A stretch of DNA of 15,407 nt from NCBI GenBank assembly GCA_964419615.1, contig CAYQPU010000006.1:1-15407 (forward strand). The letters are read 5' to 3'. This document shows, piece by piece, positions 6,770 to 15,284 of the stretch. The notes below the pieces were generated by a model, which saw only the letters and a program-made list of their open reading frames with translations, was not told the DNA's origin and did not search any database. This DNA comes from an uncultured Methanosarcinales archaeon (GTDB lineage Archaea; Nanobdellota; Nanobdellia; Woesearchaeales; JAGVZT01). How positions within the stretch are numbered: position 1 is the stretch's first letter; each line of letters starts with the position of its first letter. The position numbers and the translations under genes were made by a program.

Positions 6770-8026
6770 ATGGACAGACCAGATAAGGAAGATGAATTGG
6801 GCAGGGTAGGATTACTTCAGATTGGCTATACTAGTGAATGGGCACTAGCTAAATTCTTCCCAGCTATTTTTGATTTGGGCTTATCTGATTATTTTAATCT
6901 TGTAGGGGTTTGCGGGAGAGAATTAAATAAAAATGAAGCAATATCAAGACTATATTCTGAGATATCAAATAAAGTGCAAGCGATTCAGCAGGACAAAACA
7001 TGGAGATTAGGGAATATACATTCTGAGATAAGGAGTGCACTAACCTTAATAGATCACTTATCCCATGATAGAATCAATTATTACAGGTTACCTGATTTAC
7101 CTAGTGAAGGATACGATGCTGCAGTTATTCATACTTCAAATTTTACCCATTTAAATTATATAAGTGAGTTAGCACAAACTTGCAAACATATTTTGTGTGA
7201 AAAACCACTTGTAACTGTAACAGACGAGAATCATGAAGCAGATTCTGGAGAATTAGAAAGTCTTGAGCAGATAATTAAGGGCTGTAACTCAGGATTAATA
7301 TTAATGGATTCTGAGCATTATTCTGCCAAAACTGCATCTCTTGCTTTTTTTCGGAATATTGGGGATATGGTGGCAAGGTATGGGAGAATAAAAAGCATAG
7401 AAGGTCATTTACTCGAAATTGATGATCATGAAAAAATAAGAACTAGAAATTTGTTATGCAGGCAGAATAAGACAGGATTGTTATTAGACGTGGGTGTACA
7501 TTTGTTTGCTATGATCACAAGCATTGAAGGTAATATTGGGAAAATTCTGGATGCTCAATATGGAATTTTCCCAGGCAGAACCAATTCACAAAGTTATGAT
7601 GTTGAAACTTATGTTAATACTAAATTTGAGATTCATGGTCACCTTTTCCATGATAGGGCCGATGGTACGTTTACATTTGCAAAGTTCATTAAATTATTTG
7701 AAGATCCCCTTACAAAAGATGATAAAAGAGCTGTTGTGACTTTTGTTAACAAAGAATTTGAAGAAACAGAAGTGTATATTGATTTTAGCAAAGGCATAGT
7801 AACTGATTCAAATGGTTTTCTTTGGTACACAGATTCCTCATCTCAAGAATATGTTAATATTTTAAGACAGTTTGCAAATGCAATTATTAGAGGACAAGCA
7901 CCCAGAACTTGTTTTGAACACTCAATGGGAAATCTCAATGCAATATACAGAGTTTATAGAGATTTCCCTATCAAGGAAAATATAATCCAAAAGTACAGAG
8001 GAGATCCACTACCTGAACATATTTAG
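6770..8026 (+). CDS. Gfo/Idh/MocA family oxidoreductase (divergent)
   Basis: HILCEKPL and GLLLDVGVH family motifs, plus DAAVIHTSNFTH. The glycine-rich loop is degenerate. SD-like GGGGT at 6762-6766. Confidence 0.85.
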   Translation: MDRPDKEDELGRVGLLQIGYTSEWALAKFFPAIFDLGLSDYFNLVGVCGRELNKNEAISRLYSEISNKVQAIQQDKTWRLGNIHSEIRSALTLIDHLSHDRINYYRLPDLPSEGYDAAVIHTSNFTHLNYISELAQTCKHILCEKPLVTVTDENHEADSGELESLEQIIKGCNSGLILMDSEHYSAKTASLAFFRNIGDMVARYGRIKSIEGHLLEIDDHEKIRTRNLLCRQNKTGLLLDVGVHLFAMITSIEGNIGKILDAQYGIFPGRTNSQSYDVETYVNTKFEIHGHLFHDRADGTFTFAKFIKLFEDPLTKDDKRAVVTFVNKEFEETEVYIDFSKGIVTDSNGFLWYTDSSSQEYVNILRQFANAIIRGQAPRTCFEHSMGNLNAIYRVYRDFPIKENIIQKYRGDPLPEHI

Positions 8027-8047
8027 ACCAAAAAGTTTGTTGATAAA

Positions 8048-9547
8048 ATGAAATATTTTATGGGAATTGATGTTGGAACACAGGCTGTAAAAGCTGGCAT
8101 CTTTGATGAAAGAGGAGATTTGATTTCAATGTCTCAAAAAAGTTATCCCACAGCATATAGAGAAGATGGCTTTGCCAGCCAATCTCCGGGAGATTGGTGG
8201 ACTGCTTTGGAAAAGATTGTCCAGGAAAGTGTTAAAAAATCTGGATTAAAACGTAAACAAATAGTTTCTTTGTGCGTTGATGGCACAGCCCCAACAGTTT
8301 TAATGGTAGACAATCAAGGAGAGCCAATAGGAGATGCAATGTTGTGGTGTGACAGAAGAGCAACCACACAAGCAGAAAAGATTCAATCATTGGCTGATGA
8401 TGAGATCTTAAAATACTCTGGAGGAACAATATTACCAAGTTGGATATTACCCAAAGTTTTGTGGTTAAAGGAAAATGACCATAGATATACTGACTCATAC
8501 AAAATATTGGATTGTGCTGAATGGATAACTTTCAGGCTAACCAGAGAATTTACAGCATCAAGATCAACATTAATTAGAAAAGCAAATTACTTATCACATA
8601 TTGAAGGTTGGCCAGATGGTTTTTTAAAACGTATTAATCTTGAAGATTTTCTTGGAGAAAAGCTTCCAAAAAAAATACTTGGTCCTGGTAAATATGTGGG
8701 AGATTTAACAGCAGATACTGCAAAAAAAATTGGTTTGAAAAAAGGTACTTCTGTTATCCAAGGAGGTATTGATTCATATGTTGGTCTGATTGGGATGGGT
8801 GTTCATCAGGATGGACAAGTAGGTATTTTAATGGGAAGTTCAATTCCTATAGAAGCTGCATCCCATGATCTAATTTTTAGCAAGAATCTGCTAGGACCTT
8901 ACCTGGATTTGATTTACCCAGACATGTGTTTTTTAACTGGAGTTGTATCATCAGGAGGTTCATTAGCCAGGTGGGTGATTGATAATTCTCCCATGTCCTG
9001 GATGTATCACAATGCTGCTTATGATACGTTTGAAAGAAAAGCATTTGAAATTGCTCCAGGTAGTGATAATCTGCTCTGCCTCCCTTATTGGAACGGTGTA
9101 AAAGCACCAATAAAAGATTCATCTGCAAGAGGTGTTTTTTTTGGTTTGAGTCTTAGGCATAAAACAGAGCATTTGCTTAAGTCAGTCTATGAAGGGATTG
9201 CTTATGCAACAAGACAATGTTTAGATGAACTTGATAATATTGATTACAAGACAAAGGAAATAGTAATTAGTGGTGGCGGTGCGAAAAGTTTGTTATTTAG
9301 ACAAATAATGGCTGATGTTCTGGGATATGAATTGAGTTTGGCTTTTGATGAATCTTCTTTATTAGGAGGAGCAATTCTTGCTTCGGTTGGTATTGGGGAA
9401 CATGAATCAATTCAAGATGGTATAATTAATATGACTATACCCAAAAAGAAAATAGAGCCAGATATGGGGAATCATGATATTTATTCCCATTTCTATGAGA
9501 GTTATAAAAAAATTTACCCAGCATTAAAGGATGTGATGCATGCATGA
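8048..9547 (+). CDS. FGGY-family carbohydrate kinase (xylulo-/ribulo-/sedoheptulokinase-like; substrate unknown)
   Basis: GIDVGTQAVK, DGTAPT...AMLWCDRRA, GGIDSYVG, LPYWNGVKAP...ARGVFFGL, SVYEGIAY, SGGGAKS. Confidence 0.95.
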   Translation: MKYFMGIDVGTQAVKAGIFDERGDLISMSQKSYPTAYREDGFASQSPGDWWTALEKIVQESVKKSGLKRKQIVSLCVDGTAPTVLMVDNQGEPIGDAMLWCDRRATTQAEKIQSLADDEILKYSGGTILPSWILPKVLWLKENDHRYTDSYKILDCAEWITFRLTREFTASRSTLIRKANYLSHIEGWPDGFLKRINLEDFLGEKLPKKILGPGKYVGDLTADTAKKIGLKKGTSVIQGGIDSYVGLIGMGVHQDGQVGILMGSSIPIEAASHDLIFSKNLLGPYLDLIYPDMCFLTGVVSSGGSLARWVIDNSPMSWMYHNAAYDTFERKAFEIAPGSDNLLCLPYWNGVKAPIKDSSARGVFFGLSLRHKTEHLLKSVYEGIAYATRQCLDELDNIDYKTKEIVISGGGAKSLLFRQIMADVLGYELSLAFDESSLLGGAILASVGIGEHESIQDGIINMTIPKKKIEPDMGNHDIYSHFYESYKKIYPALKDVMHA

Positions 9548-10266
9548 TAATCGACCTAACTTATGAGATTCATGATGACATGCACAAGTATCCCAGTGAC
9601 CCGAAGTTTAAGACTTTAGAAAGAATAACAGCAAAATTACCAGATGGAAAAGTAATTTCAGGTTATTCAACTCATAAAATGAGATCGCATCATGGGACAC
9701 ATATTGATGCACCAGCGCACAAGATTGCTAATGGCAAAACAATTGGCCAATATAGTATTGCTAATTTCATTAACAGATGTCAATTAATTGATTTGGTTCA
9801 TCTTAATATTCCTGATAGAAAAATAAAAGGGATTACAATTCAGGATTTGTACGGACGAGTTGCTCCAAATATTGTTTTGCAAAGAGGCGTAAATTCCTTA
9901 ATTTTCAATACAGGGTATTTGGACAGGATATCTTCTAAGACTGCAGAAAAAAGAAGAAAAGATGTGGAAAAAGGATTTACATTTTTTACAAATGAGGCAG
10001 CAGAATATGTTGCCTCAATTCCTAATCTTAGAATAGTTGGACTAGATTCATTTTCATTTGACAGATCAGGAAGCAATAGTGAGTCTCATCTTTTTTTCTT
10101 GTCAGAAGATATTCTTTTGCTTGAGACTGTTGCCAATCTTGCATATTTATCCTCAATGATTGAGGATTCTATTTTCACATTGGTCTGTGCACCAATACTA
10201 TATCAAAATAATGATGCAGCCCAGACAAGAGCCTATGCAATAGTTGGAGGAGAACTCCATGGCTAA
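9544..10266 (+). CDS. Cyclase-family (kynurenine formamidase-like) metal-dependent hydrolase
   Basis: SHHGTHIDAPAH fits HxGTHxDxPxH. Also MIIDLT start, GLDSFSFD and LLETVANL. ATGA overlap with the kinase. Confidence 0.92.
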   Translation: MIIDLTYEIHDDMHKYPSDPKFKTLERITAKLPDGKVISGYSTHKMRSHHGTHIDAPAHKIANGKTIGQYSIANFINRCQLIDLVHLNIPDRKIKGITIQDLYGRVAPNIVLQRGVNSLIFNTGYLDRISSKTAEKRRKDVEKGFTFFTNEAAEYVASIPNLRIVGLDSFSFDRSGSNSESHLFFLSEDILLLETVANLAYLSSMIEDSIFTLVCAPILYQNNDAAQTRAYAIVGGELHG

Positions 10267-10921
10267 ACAAGTGTTAAAAACACTTAGTAACAGAATTGAC
10301 CATAGAACCTATACCGAGACAAAATCAACCTTAAGTAATTCAGGTAATTTTAGTAATTCTGATAGTTCTGATATCCCAAATAACACAACAAGTCAGAAGA
10401 ACATAAAGCTGAATTTAGGCTGCGGTGACAGAGTCTATAATGGCTATGTGAATATAGATTGTGTTTCGCTCCCTGGTGTAGATTTGGTTATTAATCTTGA
10501 AAACCCTTTGCCTTTTGAAGACAATTCAGTATCAGAGATTAGAGCAGAGCATATTCTTGAACACATTACTAACTTCATGCAATTAATGGAGGAGATTCAT
10601 AGAGTGTCTAGGCATGGTGCCAGGTTATATGTGCTTGCACCTTATTATAAATATGAAGGTACTTATCGCGATCCAACACATGTAAGATCTTTTACAGAAC
10701 ATTCTTTTGACTATTTCCAGGATAGAGTAAAATTTTCCCATATTTCAAATGCCAGATTCAAGGTTCACAAAGTTAGAAAGAGAGTTAGATTTTTGAGCAG
10801 TGTAAGAAATAAGCAAAAAAAGATTATGAAATTAATTCCTGAGTTACTAAGACCATTACTTGATATCTTTTTTTGGAATATTTACTCAGAAGTTGAATAT
10901 GAAATGAATGTGATAAAATGA
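10259..10921 (+). CDS. Class I SAM-dependent methyltransferase with Ser/Asn/Thr-rich N-terminal extension (220 aa)
   Basis: KLNLGCG motif I, LPFEDNSV, HILEHI...EIHRV, DPTHVRSFTEHSFDYF. SD GGAGG (10246-10250) 8 nt before ATG 10259; the ORF-track start at 10244 is TTG. Confidence 0.92.
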   Translation: MAKQVLKTLSNRIDHRTYTETKSTLSNSGNFSNSDSSDIPNNTTSQKNIKLNLGCGDRVYNGYVNIDCVSLPGVDLVINLENPLPFEDNSVSEIRAEHILEHITNFMQLMEEIHRVSRHGARLYVLAPYYKYEGTYRDPTHVRSFTEHSFDYFQDRVKFSHISNARFKVHKVRKRVRFLSSVRNKQKKIMKLIPELLRPLLDIFFWNIYSEVEYEMNVIK

Positions 10922-12336
10922 AGGTAGCAGGAATATATCCTCAGCAATTAGTTAGTGATCACAAATTACAGCATGCAGTAAGTGAGCCTTATGGACTATC
11001 AAAAATCCTAGCTATTGCACAAGAAGAAGGCCATGAAATTGAGTTGTTTATTCCAAATAACTCTTTTGAGAAATATATTAATTCAATAAAACAATTCAAT
11101 CCTGAAGTGGCATGCTATTCTATTTACACCTGCCAATATCCTTTGGCAAAAAAAATTGGTCAAGAACTTAAAAAATTCAATTCAAAGATAATTAATATTG
11201 CAGGTAATCGCTATCCAACATATCTTAAAGGAGATTTAGAGCAGCCATTTGATATATCTGTAATGGGAGAAGGTGAGGAAACTTTTTATGATCTTTTAAA
11301 TGTAATTAATAAGGGAGGGATATTAAATCAAGTTAAAGGTATAATCTATAAGAACAAAGCTGGCGTAGTAATAAATAAGCCAAGACAAAGAATAAAAAAT
11401 CTTGACAAATACCCAAATGCAATTAGATTTAAGAAAATTCTCTCACAAATTTATCGTTCTGTATCAATTCCCACCTTATCAAAAAACCCCCACTATGCAA
11501 TCATGGAATACAGCCGGGGCTGCTTGGGTGTTTGCAATTTTTGTGATAATGCTAACTTTTGGATCAAGAAAAGTACTAAAGTGGTTCACAGGTCAGCAAA
11601 AAAAGTAGTTGATGAAATGAAACAAATCCAAAAATCATGCAAACCAGTAATATTCTATTTCATGGATCTTAATTTTACTGCTTATCCAGATAAAGTTTGG
11701 GAGTTGCTCGAAGAAATGGAGACCCAGGGATTAGATGCATCTTGGTACTGCATGAGTAATATTTCTAGTGCAGAAAATCAAACTAGTCTGCTAAAAGCAA
11801 TGAGAGAGAAGGGATGTTATAAGATAGCCTTTGGTGTTGAGTCCACAAAAGATGAGAATTTGAAAAAGATGAATAAAAGTTTTGATGGTGAGATGCTTGA
11901 TGTAAATAAAACTAAAAAAGTTCTCAGGCAAACTGCAGATCTTGGGTTTGTTAATCAAGGATTTTACATAATTGGATTTGAATGGGATTCACAAGACTCA
12001 ATTTTAGCTCAGGCAAAAGGTTTATTGGATTTAGATATTCACCTACTAAATATTGGTATTTACACACCCATCCCACTAAGTGCTTACTATCCCAGATATA
12101 AGAAAATGGGTATTGAAGAAGATTTGTCAAAGCACGACAGAGGACACCTTGTTTTCAAACATCCCAATGGACTTACTGATCAAAGCATTAGAAAACTCCA
12201 GCAAGACATACACTCCAACTATTACAATACACCTGAATACAAAGCAAAGGTTAGGAAACTAACCCAAATTATTCCAGAATTACGTCAAAGTTTTGAGGAA
12301 TATTTTCAGCACATAGGAGAGGAGGTGATAATATGA
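10918..12336 (+). CDS. Cobalamin-binding radical SAM enzyme
   Basis: CxxxCxxC = CLGVCNFC within YSRGCLGVCNFC. N-terminal B12-binding domain (EPYGL...NPEVACYSIYT...MGEGEETF). Also FYFMDLNFT, IAFGVES and FYIIGF. ATGA overlaps on both sides. Confidence 0.93.
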   Translation: MKVAGIYPQQLVSDHKLQHAVSEPYGLSKILAIAQEEGHEIELFIPNNSFEKYINSIKQFNPEVACYSIYTCQYPLAKKIGQELKKFNSKIINIAGNRYPTYLKGDLEQPFDISVMGEGEETFYDLLNVINKGGILNQVKGIIYKNKAGVVINKPRQRIKNLDKYPNAIRFKKILSQIYRSVSIPTLSKNPHYAIMEYSRGCLGVCNFCDNANFWIKKSTKVVHRSAKKVVDEMKQIQKSCKPVIFYFMDLNFTAYPDKVWELLEEMETQGLDASWYCMSNISSAENQTSLLKAMREKGCYKIAFGVESTKDENLKKMNKSFDGEMLDVNKTKKVLRQTADLGFVNQGFYIIGFEWDSQDSILAQAKGLLDLDIHLLNIGIYTPIPLSAYYPRYKKMGIEEDLSKHDRGHLVFKHPNGLTDQSIRKLQQDIHSNYYNTPEYKAKVRKLTQIIPELRQSFEEYFQHIGEEVII

Positions 12337-13097
12337 AATTAAAGAGGAAAACAGCTGTTGTTACAGGTGCTTCAAGAGGAATAGGAAAAGCAATAGCAAT
12401 AAAACTCGCTGAACAGAACTTAAGAGTTGCGTTAATATCCCGAAACAGTAAAGATCTTAGAAAAGTGATTGGTGAATTAAAAAATCCATCTGTGCACAGA
12501 GGATATCAATGTGATGTCAGAGACAAAAAACAGGTTGTTAAGACTTTTGCTGACATTTATGAAAGATTTGGATCAGTGGAAGTTCTGGTTAACAATGCAG
12601 GTATTAATTCTAGAAAAACAATATCCTTTGCTTGCAAGAACATAAGTGATGTACTAAATCAGAGTCTTAAAGGATGGCAGGATGAATTAGACACAAACCT
12701 TACTGGAGCTTACTTATGTTCTTATGTAGCAGCCCATTACATGTTAAAAGGGGGGAAAGGTAGTATTGTAAATATTTCTTCAATAAAAGGTAGAGAAGCA
12801 ACCAGCAGTCCAGGTTATGGTGCATCCAAAGCAGGTGTTATTAAACTTACAAAAGACTTTGCTAAAACATTGGCCCCACATAGTATTAGAGTTAATTGTG
12901 TATTGCCTGGTTTTATTGATACAGGCCTAACAGCTGAACTTTCTACTGAAAAAAAGAGCATGTATCACAGGATGATTCCTCTTGGAAGATTTGGGAAAGT
13001 TGAGGAGGTGGCTGATACTGTTATGTTTCTGGCATCCTCTTCTTCGTCTTATATTACTGGTGCTTGGATTATAGCTGATGGAGGTTATTTAGTTTAA
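12333..13097 (+). CDS. Classical SDR oxidoreductase (FabG-like, NADP(H) fingerprint)
   Basis: TGASRGIG, SRN after beta2, NNAG, catalytic SS...YGASK, RVNCVLPGFIDT, YITG...ADGG. Strong SD GAGGAGGTGAT. Confidence 0.95.
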   Translation: MKLKRKTAVVTGASRGIGKAIAIKLAEQNLRVALISRNSKDLRKVIGELKNPSVHRGYQCDVRDKKQVVKTFADIYERFGSVEVLVNNAGINSRKTISFACKNISDVLNQSLKGWQDELDTNLTGAYLCSYVAAHYMLKGGKGSIVNISSIKGREATSSPGYGASKAGVIKLTKDFAKTLAPHSIRVNCVLPGFIDTGLTAELSTEKKSMYHRMIPLGRFGKVEEVADTVMFLASSSSSYITGAWIIADGGYLV

Positions 13098-13098
13098 G

Positions 13099-13980
13099 AT
13101 GGTTTTAATGGAGGAACTGGATAAAAAAGTATTTACTAGTTTAAAACAAATTTATAATCCAAATGCATTGCAAGGAGTCAGAACAGTAGTCACCGGAAGT
13201 TGTGAAGGAATAGGTTTACAAACAGCTTATAATCTTGCAGAGCTAGGTGCTCAAGTTGGAATTTTACATTACAATCCAGAGAAAGCAATATCAACCGCAG
13301 CTCAGCTAAATGGTTTTTTAGATGGAGATTATGCAATTCCATTTACTTCAGATGTTAGTGATTTTACTCAATTAAAAGAATGTTTCAATGATATATCAGA
13401 TGTGTTTGATGGAGCAATAGATGTTTTCATAAATAATGCTGGACGAAACTATCCATGCAGAATTGAGGATTTATTAGCTGAAGATAATAATATTAAACAA
13501 GTGGAAGAGATGATTAGGATTAATCAGTTAGGCACAATTTACTGTGCAAATCTTGCTTATCCATTGTTACTTAATGGAATAAATCCTTCGTTTACAATAA
13601 TTGGTTCGTGCGCATCACAAGGTTCTGAAGGTCAAGGAGGTTATGCAAGTACAAAAGCTGCTTTGCGAGGGTTAGTCGGAACGCTTGTGAAAGAATGGGT
13701 AAAAACAGATACTAAACAAGCTGTGAGAGTAAACTTGATTGAAGGTGATTATTTTGAACCAACAGGTATCCGAAGTCAGGAATATATCTCAGCTTTGGCA
13801 TATTCCAGAAGAACCTCAATTAGTAATGTTTCAAATGATGTTGTAGCCAGAACTAAAGTTCCTGTTAAAAGGGAAGGAAGATTAGTTGAAATTGCTGAGG
13901 CAGCTGTGTATCTGACCTTAGCCAAATATGTTAACGGTAATGTGCTAACCATTTCTGGAGGTAAAACTGTAAGACTATGA
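13099..13980 (+). CDS. SDR oxidoreductase, sorbitol-6-phosphate 2-dehydrogenase (SorD-type)-like, copy A
   Basis: TGSCEGIG, NNAG, INQLG, GSEGQGGYASTK, EPTGIRSQEYISALAYSR and SGGKT end recall the SorD-type sorbitol-6-P dehydrogenase pattern (GSEGQSxYAATK...EATGLRT..YEEALAYTR...GGK). Recognised from memory, not searched. Confidence 0.85.
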   Translation: MVLMEELDKKVFTSLKQIYNPNALQGVRTVVTGSCEGIGLQTAYNLAELGAQVGILHYNPEKAISTAAQLNGFLDGDYAIPFTSDVSDFTQLKECFNDISDVFDGAIDVFINNAGRNYPCRIEDLLAEDNNIKQVEEMIRINQLGTIYCANLAYPLLLNGINPSFTIIGSCASQGSEGQGGYASTKAALRGLVGTLVKEWVKTDTKQAVRVNLIEGDYFEPTGIRSQEYISALAYSRRTSISNVSNDVVARTKVPVKREGRLVEIAEAAVYLTLAKYVNGNVLTISGGKTVRL

Positions 13981-14828
13981 AAGAACCAAAACATTCCATA
14001 TTTTATAAAACAAAATTACTCGATGGGAAAAAGACTGTTGTGACTGGTGCAGGCAGAGGAATAGGAAAACAAGTGGCATTTACTTTGGTAGAGCAAGGCG
14101 CTCAAGTTGTGATATTAGATCAGGATCACGATCTCGCTAAATCCACTGCAAATTTAATTAACTATGAATTTGGATTAAATATGGCTTTGCCAGTTAAATG
14201 CGATATTAGTAATACTGAAAGTCTTGAGCATGCTTTTTCCGTAATTTCAGATTTTTACAAGGGCAGTTTAGATATTTTTCTTAACAGTGCCGGCATTAAT
14301 GCTCCTTGCAGAATTGAAAAAATATCAGCTCCTGAACATATGAAAAAGCTAAATAAGATGATAGAGGTAAATCAAATCTCTGCTTTCTCTTGTGCAGCTT
14401 TTGCATATCCTTTACTGCTCAAAGGACAAAACCCTTGTTTTATTATAATGGGTTCATGTGCATCACAAGGTTCAGAGGGTCAAGGTGGTTATGCAAGTAC
14501 AAAAGGAGCATTAAGATCATTAATGGGCACCTTGGTTAAAGAATGGACTGCGACAGAGTATAAGCCTGCAGTCAGAATTAATCTAATTGAACCAGATTAT
14601 ATGGAAGCTACTAGCCTAAGATCTGCCAAGTATTTGGAAGCTCTTGCAGATTCAAGATTAACTACAGTTGATAAAGTTGCAAATGATGTAGTGGCAAGAA
14701 TTAAAGTTCCTATGAAAAGGGAAGGAAGATTGATTGAAATTGCTGAAGCTGTTGTGTATCTGGCTTTAGCTGAATATGTTAATGGTAATGTTTTGATAAT
14801 TTCTGGTGGAAAGACTGTGAGGTTGTAA
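13977..14828 (+). CDS. SDR oxidoreductase, sorbitol-6-phosphate 2-dehydrogenase-like, copy B (NAD fingerprint)
   Basis: TGAGRGIG, Asp at the end of beta2 (VILDQD), NSAG, YASTK, EATSLRSAKYLEALADSR. Close paralogue of copy A. ATGA overlap. Confidence 0.85.
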   Translation: MKEPKHSIFYKTKLLDGKKTVVTGAGRGIGKQVAFTLVEQGAQVVILDQDHDLAKSTANLINYEFGLNMALPVKCDISNTESLEHAFSVISDFYKGSLDIFLNSAGINAPCRIEKISAPEHMKKLNKMIEVNQISAFSCAAFAYPLLLKGQNPCFIIMGSCASQGSEGQGGYASTKGALRSLMGTLVKEWTATEYKPAVRINLIEPDYMEATSLRSAKYLEALADSRLTTVDKVANDVVARIKVPMKREGRLIEIAEAVVYLALAEYVNGNVLIISGGKTVRL

Positions 14829-14890
14829 GATTGAGAATGAAAATTGTTATTGTTGATGCTGGAAGATATATTAGATAAAATGAGAGAAAA

Positions 14891-15268
14891 ATGAGTATAA
14901 AAAACACAGAATTCAGACCATGGGGTTCTTTTACTTTATTTGCTCTTAATGAGAAATGTACTGTAAAAATCTTAAAAGTCAAAGAACAACTTTCACTACA
15001 ATCACACAAGAATAGAGAAGAATTTTGGCATGTTATTGATGGAAAAGTTGAAGTATTAAAAGGACCAGTAACAGAAAACATAGATGAATTAGAGGCGAAC
15101 CTTGCTTCAAGTATCCTGACATCCGGAGAAAGCATAATTATTCCAAAAAATACAGCACATACTTTAAAAAATTTAAATGTTAAGAGCTCAAGAGTTCTGG
15201 AAATTTCTTATGGTCGTTTTGATGAAAGTGATGAAATTAGATACAAGGATTTGTACGGTAGATCCTGA
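14891..15268 (+). CDS. Cupin protein, stand-alone type II mannose-6-phosphate isomerase domain
   Basis: RPWG, LSLQSHKNREEFW, IPKNTAHTLKN, LEISYG.FDESD.IRY.D.YGR. Confidence 0.88.
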   Translation: MSIKNTEFRPWGSFTLFALNEKCTVKILKVKEQLSLQSHKNREEFWHVIDGKVEVLKGPVTENIDELEANLASSILTSGESIIIPKNTAHTLKNLNVKSSRVLEISYGRFDESDEIRYKDLYGRS

Positions 15269-15284
15269 CAAAAACGGAGGTAAA

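Noticed and set aside
12333-13097. Calling the first SDR fabG (fatty acid synthesis)
   Set aside because: The motifs are generic to classical SDRs, and there are no ACP or fab genes nearby.
7524-15135. Nested or antisense ORFs 7524, 7639, 8232, 8877, 9840, 11402, 12080, 13776 and 14779
   Set aside because: All lie mostly within motif-supported operon genes and show no protein-family signal.
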